From NCBI RefSeq assembly GCF_009914755.1, contig NC_060926.1: DNA of 64,000 bases. The stretch is one strand, 5' to 3'. The translations under genes and the position numbers were made by a program. The DNA is from the human T2T-CHM13v2.0 reference genome, Homo sapiens. The notes under the pieces were generated by a model. That model did no database searches. It had not been told where the DNA came from and worked only from the letters and a program-made list of their open reading frames with translations. Every line of letters starts with the position of its first letter. Position 1 is the first letter of the stretch. Positions 24,951 through 39,006 of this stretch are shown piece by piece.

Positions 24951-27900
24951 ATTATATACAAATACATATATACATATAATTTCTCAAAGTTCTACTTTTT
25001 TACATCAGGATTTTCAATCCTGTCCCAGGGTTTGAGAGAAGTTTTCTTTCCAGGCATTGAGATTTTAAGGAGAACCAAATCACTAGCTTGGCAGTTTAGC
25101 AGCAAATCTGTCTTGCTCTGGGTCCTGCTCATGTCTTTCTCCCTTTTTCAAATAACTCAGCTCTTGTTTTGATACTTATGACTAAACTATCACTTTTCCC
25201 CCTTGTCAGCCCAGCAAAGATTCATTTATCTTTTAAAAATCAGCTCAAGTGTCTCTTTCAGTGGAGCCTTTACTGACATTATCTGAAAAAACTAACAATC
25301 TTTATGATTGAGTGTCACTTATTGTATTTCCTTCATAATACCATTGTATTACTGCACTCATATCAAGTCTATAATCTCTCTGAGGATGGAACCGTGTCCT
25401 AATGGTTTTTGTGGCCCCAATAGTACATAAGAATATATCAATGGATACGTGGATAAAGAGAATGTGGTATATATATAACATACATAGGTATGTATCTATA
25501 CACACACACCCCACACACACACCACATGCACACACGCAGCCACATTCCTGAGCCATATAAAAGAAGGAAATCCTGCAATATATAAATAATATTAAAAACA
25601 ATAATAACAAACATTTATTGAAAACCTACTACATGCCAGGCAAATTCATACATTTTACATGTGTTAATGTCACTCAAGACAGAGAGATTACATAAAATAC
25701 ACAAAGTCACATAGCTAGAAATTTATTAAAACAAGACTTGCATCTAGATGTTATGTGGCTGCACACACATACAAACTGTTAGTCTCTATATAGCACTGGC
25801 TTTCTGATGCCTTCCAGAATGGGAGAATCGGCAACAGAGAGATAGGATACGCTAGAAAGAACGAGGACTTGGGCATCAAACTCAAGGAGTATGTGGCAGA
25901 TGCTTAGGGAAGGACACAGCAGGACAAATAAATGAAGGCCTGCAAGACAGATGGAGCCTTGTGATAAGGCATTTATGAGCAAATTAACATGAAGAGAGTA
26001 AACATGTCATGGACAGGAATATCCTGTCCATGTTCCAATAAGGAAATCTAGTGGCAGTTAATATCAGGTTCTGGGTACAAAATTGGATTCATAGGCAGAA
26101 TGGAGGCTCCAGAAGGACCCTCAAGAACAAGTCAGGAATCAAATATAGAATTAAAAACAAGCAAACCAGCAGGCAAAAATGCAGGTTTCGCTACCCTTTA
26201 AAATACTTTTGACTAATTAAAACTTTTCTTAACTTCTCAGATACCTTTTATCCTTTAACTAGTAGATGTTAGGCCCACTAGGAGAGATAGTATTCCTTAG
26301 GTCACAGCAACCGTCAGAAGTATAACACTATATGTTGTGATGGACTTAATCCTGAACCAAAAGGAGCTCCAGCATTGGAGGACTTTCACCTCTGAAACTT
26401 TGAACCCTGAACCTGACCCTGGGCTATTTCATTTCAACAGACCAGACCCTCCCTGACCTAACTGTGTGGTCCCTCAACTGGTCTTTCCATTTTGGATTGG
26501 TGGAGTTTTCCAAGTAAATTAAACACTATTCCTACATTAGAGGATTTTACCCTCCAATTCTTATTCTCAGTTCTATTTTTTCTTGTATGTATAAAGATGA
26601 AACAACACAATTGCTTTGCGTAAATAAATGAAACCTAATTTGGTTGGTTGGTATGCCAACACCCCAATTAGATACTTTAGAAAGGGACTTAAATGCTTCT
26701 TTAATAAAAATATGTAAGGAAAGAGAGAGTGATTTATTGGACTAACTTAGAAGAAATATATTTTATATGATTTACTTAATGCAGTAGATGAAACAGATTT
26801 AACTTGTATTATCATGAGATGGTATAGTCTATGTCATAGAATAAATATGAGTTTAAAAACCTAATTTCAAAGTAATATTCCAATAAATTTTATGGCACTA
26901 TAATATATGTGGTGAAATTAAAAGTTAGGTTTGACTTATGCTTAGATTTCAATTCAGTTAGTATTTAAATTCTTGTAACACAGCAGTCTCCGAGCTGATA
27001 CTCGTTTATATATTGCCCTATTTAAAGCAGTATGATACAATTAGACCTGAAGCAGTTGAGTCTTTCATATTTGTATTGCACTTTAACTTCCATGGTAATG
27101 AACAAATGGAATGACTCTAGGGTAAATAATGGATGCATATGTTGAATTTTAGCATTAAATCTAAATGTTAATTTTCAATTTTCTTAATTTTGTAATGTAA
27201 CATAAAAGTAATAAGATGAATAAGAAAACTAATAAGTTAAAATCTTGCATCCATTATTTAATGAAACAGTAGTGAAACATTATTAAATCTGATCGTGAAA
27301 GTAATATGGTACGTGAGATGTTACAAGTTTGGAAAATTCATGTTTTAACATAGTGAAATGAGTAAAATCAACCTTTGTTTTCTATGAAGTATTTTAACGT
27401 TAATGAGAATTGAAAAGTTTGAAACCTTTGAAAATGAAAAACACTTAAAAAACTAGCTCTTAGGTCATGTTTATAAAATATATGTGTCCATATATTTTTA
27501 CTGCTCCTTAAATTAATATCAGAAAATGTTTTATTTATATTAATGAAGATACTAACCCATAGATTGAGAGAGACCATACATTCCTTGAGTTATGAGAAAA
27601 CTTCTTTGAAAGTGTTCCATACTTACATTTTATTAGTTATTCTTTTTTACTTCTTTTCACACATCCAGAAGTTTATTTTTATACCCTCTTTTTTATTTTG
27701 GGCAGAAATTAAACTTTTTTGAATTAATCATTCTGTTGAGCAATTTTTTATGATCCAGAGTTTCTTCCCTACCATTTTCTACTCTACCCTTTATTTGGCA
27801 ATATTTTTTTGAAAGATGTTTCTTACTCAAAGTCGTGTACGTAGGTTGCCATCCTAATTACATGTCCATTTCCACACAATTTGGAGCCATGGAGTTTTAG

Positions 27901-28519
27901 TCATTAAAATAAACATGACACATGTGTATAGGTCAGAGTCACAGCAAGAAACACATGGTCACTCAAAAGGGGTGATAAAGAAAGTTTAATGAACGGACTA
28001 TTTATAAAGGTGTGGGCATATAAGAAATAAAAAATACGTATAAAGATGTGGGCAGGATAAAGGGAAATCAACTAGGGTTCATGAAATCTTGGAGACCTGC
28101 AACAACAGGAATCTAGTACTACCCCTAGGCCTAAAGGAATGAGGTGTGGGAGCAGTTAATAAAAATTGGCAAGAGCTATAGCTATAAAGGAGTCATAGGA
28201 CAAGAGCTCTGGTCTATGAGAGAGGAATGCAGCCACTGCCATACTATGGCCTAACAGGGGCTATGCCTCTCTTCTCCCAGGGTCCAACCCTCTGGCATGG
28301 TCTCTTCATGGCTGAACTTAACCAGAAGGTGGAAGGCAAAGAATCTGGTGATGTAGTTTATAAAGAGAGAGCATGGGGAAAAGAGTGCTAAGCAGATTTA
28401 TAAGGGTTAATAGAGGATATATGGTACATCATACTGTCGTAATAGCTAATAAAAAGGCAGAAATGGTGGTTGCTTTTTAAAAATGATATGATAAATAAAG
28501 CAGGGAGATACAACCTTAT

Positions 28520-29010
28520 GAAGGGGAATTTGGACCATCTGGCAGAATGGCAGATTCATCTAATCTTTGACATGGCAATCCCACTTCTAGGAATCTATCT
28601 CAAAAAATAAACTGGCAAAAATATAAAGTGATATATGTACAAGGTTATCCATTGCCAATAATTATAATAGTAAAAGAGTGGTGGCTATTCAAATGCCTCT
28701 CAATAGGAGACTGGTTGACTGAATTATGGCGCATCCATACCATGGAGTGTTATACAGCTATAAAATGAATAAGAAGGATCTCTACATACTGTAAAATAAT
28801 TTCCAGGATATATTGTTAAGTAAGAAAAGCAAGACACAAGAAAGTGTTTCTAGCATGCTATCTTTTTTTAAAGAAAGGAGAATATATTAACATATAAATA
28901 TAATTGCTTAGATTATCAAGTGGTAATAGTGGAAGGCTAAATAAAAAATCAATGAAAGTGGAGGTTTATTGGGAGAGGAAAGGAACAGAGTAGAATGACA
29001 GGGTTAGAAG
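28520..29010 (+). mobile_element. L1ME-type 3' fragment
   Basis: CTTTGACATGGCAATCCCACTTCTAGGAATCTATC...TTCCAGGATATATTGTTAAG. Confidence 0.7.
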
Positions 29011-29617
29011 TAGTTGAAGAAAGAATTCAGAATTGAAAATAAACTGCTTTGTCCTCTATTCATTCTAGAATGCAAAAAGAATTACTAAAAGGCTTACAAA
29101 ATGGATATAACATATTTGAATTTTATAGCTCATGGCATTATTGTTAGTTTTATTTTGTAAAACTGGGAAAAACATATTTTGTTCAGACCATGGGCAAGAG
29201 TTACAGTAAATCAGAATAATGTATTTTTTTAACATATTCATAAAGAGATTAATGATATTCACAAACAATTCCAGAAGAAATAGTTGATATTTTTATGTGA
29301 ACATTGTAACAATGAAATGCGGTGGCCCATATTAGCTGCTCTTCCATGAGGAAATGCACTGGTTCAGATGTGAAAGTTGAGCTAGAAACCTTTTTTTGCT
29401 ATTGCTCTCTAATATTTGCTTAGTAAAATGTAACAATAAAAAAATTCTTCCGTTCCTAAACTTAGCACAACTGACACTTCTAAAATGGGAAAATGTTAAC
29501 TTGAAAAGTAATGAATTATAGTTTGTTCATTTGATTAGAAGCCTATGTAAATGGACTTAAGGTGTGATTTCTGTCGGATTAGTTACTGTTACTCTGTTCC
29601 AGGGCAGTAGTCTTTAC

Positions 29618-29860
29618 CAGTGCTTTTCAACTTGCAAGTGAAAACCTATTAAGTCTTGAAATAAATTTAACAGTTAGTGATGAGTATTTTCAAATGGAGT
29701 AGAATACCATAGAGTAGAAAATATTGGGGTGCATTGTTAATAGTAAGTATTGGTTTGTGAAATTTTTGTTTTGTTTACACATATATAAGTATGTGACTAT
29801 GTTGAGATATAAAATGTATTTCTCACTATGGGTCATGCCCAAAAAAATTTTAAAACACTG
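29618..29860. mobile_element. Possible hAT/Charlie MITE
   Basis: Imperfect TIRs CAGTGCTTTTCAA ... TTAAAACACTG. The TSD is poorly preserved. Confidence 0.4.
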
Positions 29861-29910
29861 TCCTATATTACTTACCGGAATTGATTATCTTATAAATGTT
29901 TATCCAATGG

Positions 29911-30211
29911 GGCTGGGCGTGGTGGCTCACGCCTGTAATCTTAGCACTTTGGGAAGCCAAGATAGGCGGATCACCTGAGGTCAGGAGTTCAAGACCAGGT
30001 TGGCCAATGTGGCAAAACCCCGTTTCTACTAAAAATGGAAAAATTAGCCGGGCATGGTGGTGCATGCCTCTAAGCCCAGTTACTCAGGAGGCTGAGGCAG
30101 GAGAATTGGTTGAACCCAGGAACCCAGGAGGCAGAGGTTGCAGTGAGCTGAGATCATGCCACTGTACTCCAGCCTGAGTGACAGAGCAAGACTCAAAAAA
30201 AAAAAAAAAAA
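29911..30211 (+). mobile_element. Alu (AluS-like) with internal AACCCAGG duplication
   Basis: GGCTGGGCGTGGTGGCTCACGCCTGTAATC... with poly-A tail. Confidence 0.95.
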
Positions 30212-31678
30212 GTGTATCCTGATGGTGTACAAGGGTAGATTGTATTAAGGGGCAATGCAATATGTTTATGTGTTTTCTTCCTTACACAGTGCTAAAATTT
30301 GCTCCTAAATGAGCAAATACATGTGGAAATTAGGATGCATTAATGTGTTTGATGTTCAATGAATCTAGAGAGTAACTCAGTACAAAATGAAATGAAAATT
30401 TATCTTACTATGTGTTTGGGGTAACCAAAAGGCTGGCACCTGGTGCTGTATGTCCCTCTGCATTCCCTTCATCATACCCCATGTTTACTTGCTCTTGGTA
30501 ACAAGGAGGAAGGGAAATGCTCTATTAAAAAGTTTTGAATAATATTGAAATGATCTTTCAAACTGTAACAAAAGTAGAGGACTTTTAGTACATGTATTAG
30601 TATTAATTTGTATCTTGGGATTTTTGTTTGCCTAAAAGAGTATACATTGGATTTTTCTGTGAAGCATCCAGTGAGTATTTAAAAGGCGTACTGTATATGA
30701 AGCTTCAAAATGAGACACTTACATTGAATTACTTTCATATTCTAGCTTCTCATATTTTTCTTTCAAATAAACATTACAATTCAGTCATTTTTACTTGCAA
30801 CTTGTATAGGAATTAAATAATCAACTATTTCTTATTTAGATTCTACTGCTTCTGCTGTAAAATTTCACTCTCAGTATCTTTCCAACTATTTAATGGAATT
30901 GTGTTTTGGTTGAGGATAGCATAGGTGCCTTATATAAATAAAGAGAAAAATTATTTGTATAAATTAAAAATTGATTCAGGTTCTTGAAATAAAAATTAAA
31001 CGTTTCACTGCTTAGGGGAAAACATCTTCTGGCCTTTTACACAAAGCTTTCCATTTTGCAGTTGTTTTTAAGAGACTGCCATTGTAAGACACAGTGGAAT
31101 AGTGCTTGTTTTGACCTTTGAACATGGATACATGACTTAGCTTTTGGCATTCTGCCTAACAGCACCTCAGAGGGCAGAGATTCATTCTAATGTGACATAT
31201 ATTTGACTATGTCTTGCAAAAATAATAAATTTGCTTTGTAAATATATCAATAACAGAGTCTTAATAGGCTTCAACTTGTATTTCTCTGGTTTGGGAAAAT
31301 TATATATACCCCATTTTTAGTTTTTTTTTTCTGTTGCTTTTATTGCTCTAACCAAGTCATTTTAAAAACTACTGAAGAGCAAAGCAATGGCTGTGAATCC
31401 TGTTTTATTTTCATTTTTAAAAATTTTTTTCCATTCATACATTTCTTTAACTCTGATTGCAAACACTTAGCCCTGATCTGTCTCAGCATATGTTGTCAGA
31501 AAGATATAAGACCACAGGCTAAAAAACATATCTTTCCACTATGTATTTTGCTATGTGTGATGCACAGGAGAGCTGACCTCCTTTGTTGAAATGTATCTAT
31601 AATCCTTTACCTGAAAGTACTGATTTGTAAAACATGGAGGCAAAAATCTTTATCAAGGTTATGTTAAAGAATTAAGAA

Positions 31679-31680
<2 letters not shown>

Positions 31681-31746
<66 letters not shown>

Positions 31747-31752
31747 TTTATT

Positions 31753-31794
<42 letters not shown>

Positions 31795-31835
31795 CACATA
31801 TATATATATATACACATATATATATATATATATAT
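31681..31835. repeat. Compound (AT)21(GT)12...(TG)n(TA)n microsatellite
   Basis: Read directly from the sequence. Confidence 0.97.
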
Positions 31836-32949
31836 TCAGGCTTTTTCACAGACATGAGCATTTTTAAACTTTATTCGGTATAAAACATAATGTGTGTTAG
31901 TTGTACTTATCCATACTTCAGACACCTGACTATAACTTCTTGTGTTTTAACACTGCTATTTATGCCATCCTCATAAGTAGTTAGGAAAACACTTAACCAT
32001 ATACCTCACACCTCATTTACCAGTTCAGTATCTAACTCCCTGAACTCCTTTCTAAGACAGCAGTAAACTAATCAGAAAAGCTAAGTGGAAACAGATTGTT
32101 AATGTCTAAGAATGGTGGAACTTGCTATACTCTGCTCTTATGGGGGTTTTAATTGTTTTTAATGTGTTATCCAAAGGAAGCAGAAAATATTGTGATATTT
32201 TTCTCTTACAATCCTTTGCCTTGGTCATCTGAAATTAAAACTGGTGGGAATAGTTATCTGTTCTGATTATCCACAAAAAGGCCCTGATAATGTCAACTAA
32301 AATATCATTCTTGAAAAGGATTTGGAATTTTCATGCTTCTCAATGTCTCAACTTCTTCATTTACTTGCTCTGTTACCATTGGAAGATGATATCGCCTCTC
32401 AGTTTGCCCCCCAAAACAAGGCCACCTAGTAGAAGGTTCCTCACCTACAATTTTCTTTGTTTGTTCAGAACATCTCTGAATACATAACAACCCTTCCAAT
32501 CTTCCCCCAAAACCTCAGAAAAAAGGTGTCCCTATCTTTAATGCTAGTAGCTTAGTCCTTAGATCAGAGTCATATTCTTTTTTAGCACCTGGGCTAGGGG
32601 GAATTTTTATTTACTTCTTTCCTAGCATCTTAGTCTCTTCTATATTGACACCTTTCCTTTAGCCTTCAGATAGGCAAAGGTCTAACTGACTTGAAAAGAA
32701 AACAAATACTCTGATTTTGAAGACTCCCCAATTATAATCTATTTTTCTTTCAATTATTCATTCTTGAACTGAGGAAATAGCCACCAGATGTGTTCAGAAA
32801 CCCACTGGATCCACAGTGAGACAGATTTCAGCCAGAACCTCATTGACTACCTGACATCCATAAGTCCCTACTCTGGCTGCTGAGCCTGAGTGACATTTTC
32901 AGTCTGTTCGGAATAGTGTCAGTTCAGAGACAGTGTCCAGTTATTTTCC

Positions 32950-34070
32950 CCAAAGTCCGATTATTTTCTTTTCCCCAGTGCACACTCATTCTGGTAAAAG
33001 ATGGTAGGTCTCTTTGGGGAAGGCTGTAAGAAAGACTACAAATTTTTGGCAATGTAGCAAGATCCTTTCTCTAGTGGATCTGGCCTCTCCTTCATTCAAG
33101 AGGTTCTGGGTCTGTAAATTGGCTCAAGTACGGACATTTATAGAAAGACCATGACTCTTCTTATGATTCAAGTTAGACTTGTTTACTGACCTAGAACCTG
33201 ACCTTTTTTCTTCTACAGATCATATAAGAATTTAGTAGACTTCCCATCTATTTCACTTCTAGTGACACCTTGATCAACTAACCAATACCATAGGTCTCTG
33301 AATCAGACTATTCTGATTACTGTTTTTACTACTGTTTATATGGTAACTACACCCATCTTTAGTGATTATGTGCTGTCTTTTGGCCCCTGTCCTGCCTGGG
33401 ATCTAATTATCCGATTCCATTTTAGGATTCCAGTTTGATGACAGCAGTTCCCTTGTAATACCTGACCCACAGAGGAAAGAGACCATAGAGCTCTTCAAGG
33501 ATGCTAGGGTTCCTATCACAAATTCGTTTCCCATAGTCATGGTGAAAGATGCATCTTCTGGGCCCTCCTGGTATGGGCGAGCAGGCCTTAAATTATAAAT
33601 CTACTCTAACATTTCAGTTTTCCTAAGCCTTTATATACTTTCCTCTACAGTGTAACAAAGCAGTTCTGGAATTTCAACTTCATTTAGTATAGCCCATTTT
33701 TTTGGTTCTTGTTTTAGCCGACTAACCAAACTGTTAGAGCCCTTTCTAACCCCTTGAGTGACGACATTACATCTAGAATCTCTGCTTAGCGGGCCCATAT
33801 CAATAAAGTCAGCCTGAGCCAATGTTATATTCCTTCCATTGTTACCTCAACACCCTTAATATCCATTCCCACATATGTTTCCTGTATTTCTGTCTGTATA
33901 AATTGGAAACATCTTGCAGTTATTTGGAATGTAGCTCAACTCCTTGTGGGTCACATTTTGTACCTCACCTTTCAAGGCCTACTGGAACTTAAGTCTAGTC
34001 AAAGATCTAAAAGCAAAGATATGCAGTGGGGGGTAAGCTAATGAGAATCAGCAGCGCTTTGCAAGGCAAG
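32950..34070 (-). mobile_element. ERVL internal fragment (gag region)
   Basis: ORF 33631-33822 AQADFIDMGPLSRDSRCNV..GVRKGSNSL..W..LNEVEIPEL matches recalled HERV-L gag DQAEFIDMGPLSRDSAFNV..VRKGSNSL. Confidence 0.8.
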
Positions 34071-35552
34071 AACTATATCCTCTTTCCTCATTTCTTCATG
34101 ATAGATCACCTCATTAGTTTTGCTTGATTAGATTTTGACTTTAGCATTTTCCTTATATGTTCCCCTCAGAAGGTTACCAATGATCATGTAGTCCAAGTTC
34201 AACAACATTGGAAAATAATTTTGCATCATTTTTAAAAATGTCTATATGTTGTTTGACATTATTGATTCTTCTTTCATTTCTCTTCTCCTTACTGTAATTC
34301 TTCATGTGCGCTATTTATAAGAATTCTCCAAGATTGAGATATTGAAATTTTTCCTCCCCCTCTCTCTGTTCTTTCCATGCTCTTAAATTAACAGTAATTT
34401 CTTTCTTTTCTGGATTCCCATGACTCTTGTATTCACTACTACATATTATGGCACTCTGTCAAAAGATTTCTTCCTTAATGGAAGAAAGGCAGGTCCCCAA
34501 TGTCTGATGCTCCAATGTAGTTGCTGGATAGAAGAAAAAAATGTTTTTACATTTTAAATTTAATTTTTTAAAAAATTTCTTTTCAACATACTCTGGCTTT
34601 CAAAGAGGAAACAAAAACCTTTTTTCTACTAGTCATATACTGGAATAGACAGGAATAGATCTTGGAAGCTTCATTCACCTTTAGTATATCTTTTTATTTC
34701 ACCTTTTGTGCTCAGTGTTCACTTTTAAGGTAATTTTTATAGAGGTGTGCACAGCTAGATAAAAGTTGGAAATATAATAGTTTACATTTTATTTCTTTCA
34801 GAATTTTGTATTTTGTCTATTCCTGCATTGTCAAAATAGATTATACTCAGCCCCCCTGCCATTATTTTTTGAGTACCAAATTAGTGGCTGTATTATTTTG
34901 AGCATGTGTTTAGTACTCAGAAGACATAGTCTCTATCCACTCATTCTAAATTGGCAAAAATATAGAGAGACACTAGAAGGTTTAATGCACATGATCATAA
35001 TTTACTCTTTAGTTTCAATAAAATGCATTATACTGAAGCAAAGTAATTAGAGTTGCCTTTTATCTAATAATTGCTACTAATTGCTTTCAAGAGATTAGAT
35101 CCCCCAATCCCATTTTTAATGACAGTGGAATTATTTTACCCTGCCATAGCATTAGTGGTGTTAATACTAATGATTTTCATATTTTCCTTGCATAGTTCAA
35201 AATGTCATCTTGTTAACAAGAATTCTTTATCAAGGATAAAAATGCATTTTACTAAATTGATAGAATAACTATTTTTTTTTGTTTTTCATCTCACTGACAA
35301 ATGGTGCCAACTGGAATGTTTGACTGCCTCCAATGTTATAAAAAACCAGATGATATTTCTTCAAATATGTGGTCAAATTTATTTTACTCTTCTTTTTAAG
35401 CCAACACTTACTAATCAAATAGACTACTCATGAACAACTAGATTTAAATGACTGAATTAAGCCTTGAAATATTAAATTATATCAAGGTTTGTTTTTTGAA
35501 ATTGAGATAATATGTGTGTTATCATTTAATCTTCCTTATCCTCATTTAACAG

Positions 35553-35634
35553 AGAAATGATGAAGAAGCAGTTGTGGATAGAGGTGGAACTCGTTCTATT
35601 CTCAAAACACACTTTGAGAAAGAAGATTTAGAAG
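35553..35634 (+). CDS. SLC4A10: Internal coding exon (exon 2) of the Na+-driven Cl-/HCO3- exchanger NCBE/NBCn2
   Basis: Pyrimidine tract and acceptor (cttccttatcctcatttaacAG, AG at 35551-52), donor GAAG|GTAAGA at 35635. 82 nt, phase 0 to phase 1, translating RNDEEAVVDRGGTRSILKTHFEKEDLE-G. This matches the recalled SLC4A10 N-terminus MEIKDQGAQMEPLLPT-RNDEEAVVDRGG...EDLEGHRTLF. Confidence 0.96.
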
Positions 35635-35829
35635 GTAAGACCATTTTTCTTGGGATAGCTATTGGTGTGCTTTCCAAAAGTATTTCACAGATAAATGTAG
35701 TTTGTCACATTGTGAAGAATTGCAAAAGTTGGTATCAGAGTAATGGTAGCTTACTGGGGAGGGGTACATCTGATTGTTTTGGTACAGTTTGGAATGTCAA
35801 TAGGCAGACCTGAAATCAATGAGAAGCAT

Positions 35830-36340
35830 CAGTTCATCCAACAGACATTTATTGAATCCCTACTGTATTCCAAGCACTGTACTGTGTGTCAATCTTTCAA
35901 TAATCCTTGCTTCATGTAATTACAATCAATTGAGACATGATGACAGATCAGCATATCAAGTGCTGTGTGAGAGGTGAATGTAGGACAGGAGGGGGAGGGG
36001 CATCTAACTCAGCCTATGTTGTCAGAGGTATAGTCACCATTTTTGTGTGTTCTCTTTAATGGGAAGAAGGATGCCTAATTCAACAGGGAGGTAGTATGGC
36101 CCGGTGGTTAACTGTATGGGTTCTGAAACCAGACTGCAGTGGATTCAAATACCAGTGCTGCCCCTTATTTGTCATAGGAACTTCAGCCAGTTACTTACCT
36201 TTTCTGAACCTCAGGGTCCTGAACTATTAAAGCAAGGATAATAATGGAATATATTTCATAGTTTTTCTATGAGAATTAAGGGAAAATTACTTAGAATAGT
36301 ACCTGGCCAAAGAGTTGTGTAAATACTGTCAATTATTGTT
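35830..36340. mobile_element. L2 3' fragment (~35830-36030) and MIR (~36090-36340, +)
   Basis: TTCATCCAACAGACATTTATTGAATCCCTACTGT; CAGTTACTTACCTTTTCTGAACCTCAG. Confidence 0.7.
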
Positions 36341-37612
36341 ATACCAACATTTAGTGTACATACAGGATTAGCTAATTGTTACTAATGAGAAATTGTTACT
36401 AATGAGATACAAGGTATAGTATTTGTCATCTTTTGATTGAAAAGTAAAAGCAAGGTGATCTTAAGTACAAGTCATCAGAGAGAGCTCCCAATAAACCACT
36501 GAGTTGAGAGGTAAGGGTTTTTTCATTTTAAACTTTGTAATGTAACCATTTACAGTACAATTAAATTAATTGCTCTTGGATCTTATCTTTAGTCACAACA
36601 CTGACATAACAGGAGAATTACTATAATATTTAGAAACAACTCTCAACAACTATACCGACTCTTGCCTGACATTTTGCTTGTTGCACAAACATACTCAGAT
36701 CTAAGAAGGTTATGCTTACTGGGGGGGCCTATTGATTTCCTATGCTATCCACATTCATTACATAAATTTAAGGGAGCAAAACCTTGAAAAATCTAGACTG
36801 GTAATGGATAACATAAAAATAATTTATCTTTGAGTTCGAAATGCCATTACATTTTTTAAAACAACATATTTACCTTCCTATTTATGTCATGCTATGACAA
36901 GCTATCCTTATATTTACTAAACACACACCAAGAAAACTAACAAAGCAAGATGGTAGCCTAGAAATATACTCAATTCCAAGAAAAAATCATCTTGATTTTA
37001 AAGATGGTGAATGGTCCTTTTTATTGGAAAATACTTAATAAAAAATAGCATTTACTGAGATCATTTTAATTGTTATACCTACATATATTACATATGCTTT
37101 GTTTGGCATAGTTAAGAAATACAGACAATGGTGTGCAATGCTTACTAAAAGAGATTTCTGATTGGTAGAGCACAACTGGATTAGCCAGATTTTGTTCTAT
37201 TTACTGATTTCAATTATGGGTAATTGAATCCAATAAGCTAATAACAGTGATTAAGTCATTGGTGATTAAAATTAACTATAGAATGCAAATTAACATTGAA
37301 TTTTACAATTTTGAAGGAAAACAGGAAAAAAATCTGGTTTATATTGACGTTCTAATATTTGTGTTACACACAGCCCATACTAAATAAACAATCTAGCATT
37401 TGAAGATGCTATTGAGGGTTCTGTTGTGATGCATGCAAAAATTTAATAGATCTACTAGTTGTTCTGGATCCATTAGCCAGAGTCAGGAAATAGTGAAAGA
37501 GTGAAGTGATGGGTATTGTAGTTCAGCAAGAATCAGCTGGCAGCAGAATATCACATGATTTTAAGTGGGAGAGCACCAAGGAGAAAGGTAGCATTATTGA
37601 GATAATGACTAT

Positions 37613-37972
37613 GGTAATTCATCTTCTGTTTGGTGTTACTATAACAGAATACCACAGACTGGATAATTTATAAAGAAAAGAAATTGATATCTAACAGCTC
37701 CAGAGACTGGGAAGTCCACGATTGGGAGGTCCATATCTGGTGAGGACCTTTGTGCTGTATCATTCCCATGGTGGAGGATGGAAGGATGAGAGCAGGGAGT
37801 GAGATTGAACTCACAGTCTCAAGCCTTTTGATAATCCACATTAATCCATCCATTCCTGACAGTGGAGCTCTCATGACCTAAATACTTCCCATTGGGCCCC
37901 ACCTCACAAATTGTTGCACCAGGGATTAAATTTCCAACACACGCCTTTTGGGAACACATTCAAATTGTAGTA
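37613..37972 (-). mobile_element. MaLR LTR (MLT1A-like)
   Basis: ACTATAACAGAATACCACAGACTGGATAATTTATAAAG...GAACACATTCAAA. Confidence 0.8.
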
Positions 37973-38875
37973 TCCTCCTTTTTTGCAATTTAAAGGAAAA
38001 GAACAAAACTCCAAAGAGCTTCTTTATTAAGGCAGCTAATACACAATAAATATTTTAAATACAATGGAGTTGGGAATTGCTATTACAGATAAACGCGTTT
38101 AAAAAAATAAACTCTTAAAATTTTACATTTGAAAATGAGTGTTTCTCAGGAGTTATGTGTATATATTTATTTAATGAAATTACTGGTGTAATGTAACATC
38201 CTGAGTACAGGTTGTAGAAATGCCAGATGTTTAAAAATATCTGTAAAGTCTCAGGTGCAATATATTTAATGGGAAATGATCCCCTGCTCAATAACAACAG
38301 GTTGGTATATTAGTTAATTTCTTCATATGTGTATTATACATTCTGCTAAATGATATATCAAATGTATAATTTTCTCTCTCTAAATCTGTTTATGTATATC
38401 TTGTACAATTTTATGTCTTTTCCTCCTATTAAAATAGAAAGAAAACTATCTTACTAGATTCTTCTATTAACCTCCTATTTTTGTAAATCATGCGGTCGGT
38501 ACATTCTTTCAATCTATCTCAGTGGTGTCTCTACTCATCTCCTCTCCCTTCCATTCCCACTGCCACTGCTCTACTTCCCTCTCTCTCCTATGTACTGTGG
38601 ACTGAGTCTTTCCCATTATACAGCCTCCTTAATACTGCCAGAGTGTTCTTTCTAAGCCTACTTCTGTTTCCTGCAATAAAAACGGTGAAGGGTATTGAAT
38701 CTCTGTAATTAGACAACTTCAGGATTCTGAGTAAAGCAAAAATTCTTGAGGTTAAGCAATTTCTGTTTTTGGCCTCCCACATCAATGTGAGATGAGTACT
38801 ATCTAAGTATAAGATTATAAAATGGGAAATACATTAATACCCTTAAAATTATTTCTTCTACTTTCCCTTTAACAC

Positions 38876-39006
38876 ATGTCAGATAAAACATAAGATGCCC
38901 AGATAAATTTGAATTTCAGGCAAATAATAAACAACTTTTTAGTATAGGTACATCCCATGCAATATTTTTATTTATTATTTTTTATTTGCTAAATCTGGAA
39001 ACCTTA
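38876..39006. mobile_element. MER53-like DNA MITE, internally deleted
   Basis: GATGCCCAGATAAATTTGAATTTCAG...TTTGCTAAATCTGGAAACC. Confidence 0.7.

Noticed and set aside
31112-31124. Nuclear-receptor DR1-like site TGACCTTTGAACA
   Set aside because: A single isolated motif is expected by chance in 64 kb and has no supporting context.
35574-35813. 79-aa ORF in the track overlapping the exon
   Set aside because: It starts at an internal GTG and reads through the GTAAGA donor into the intron. Only 35553-35634 is coding.
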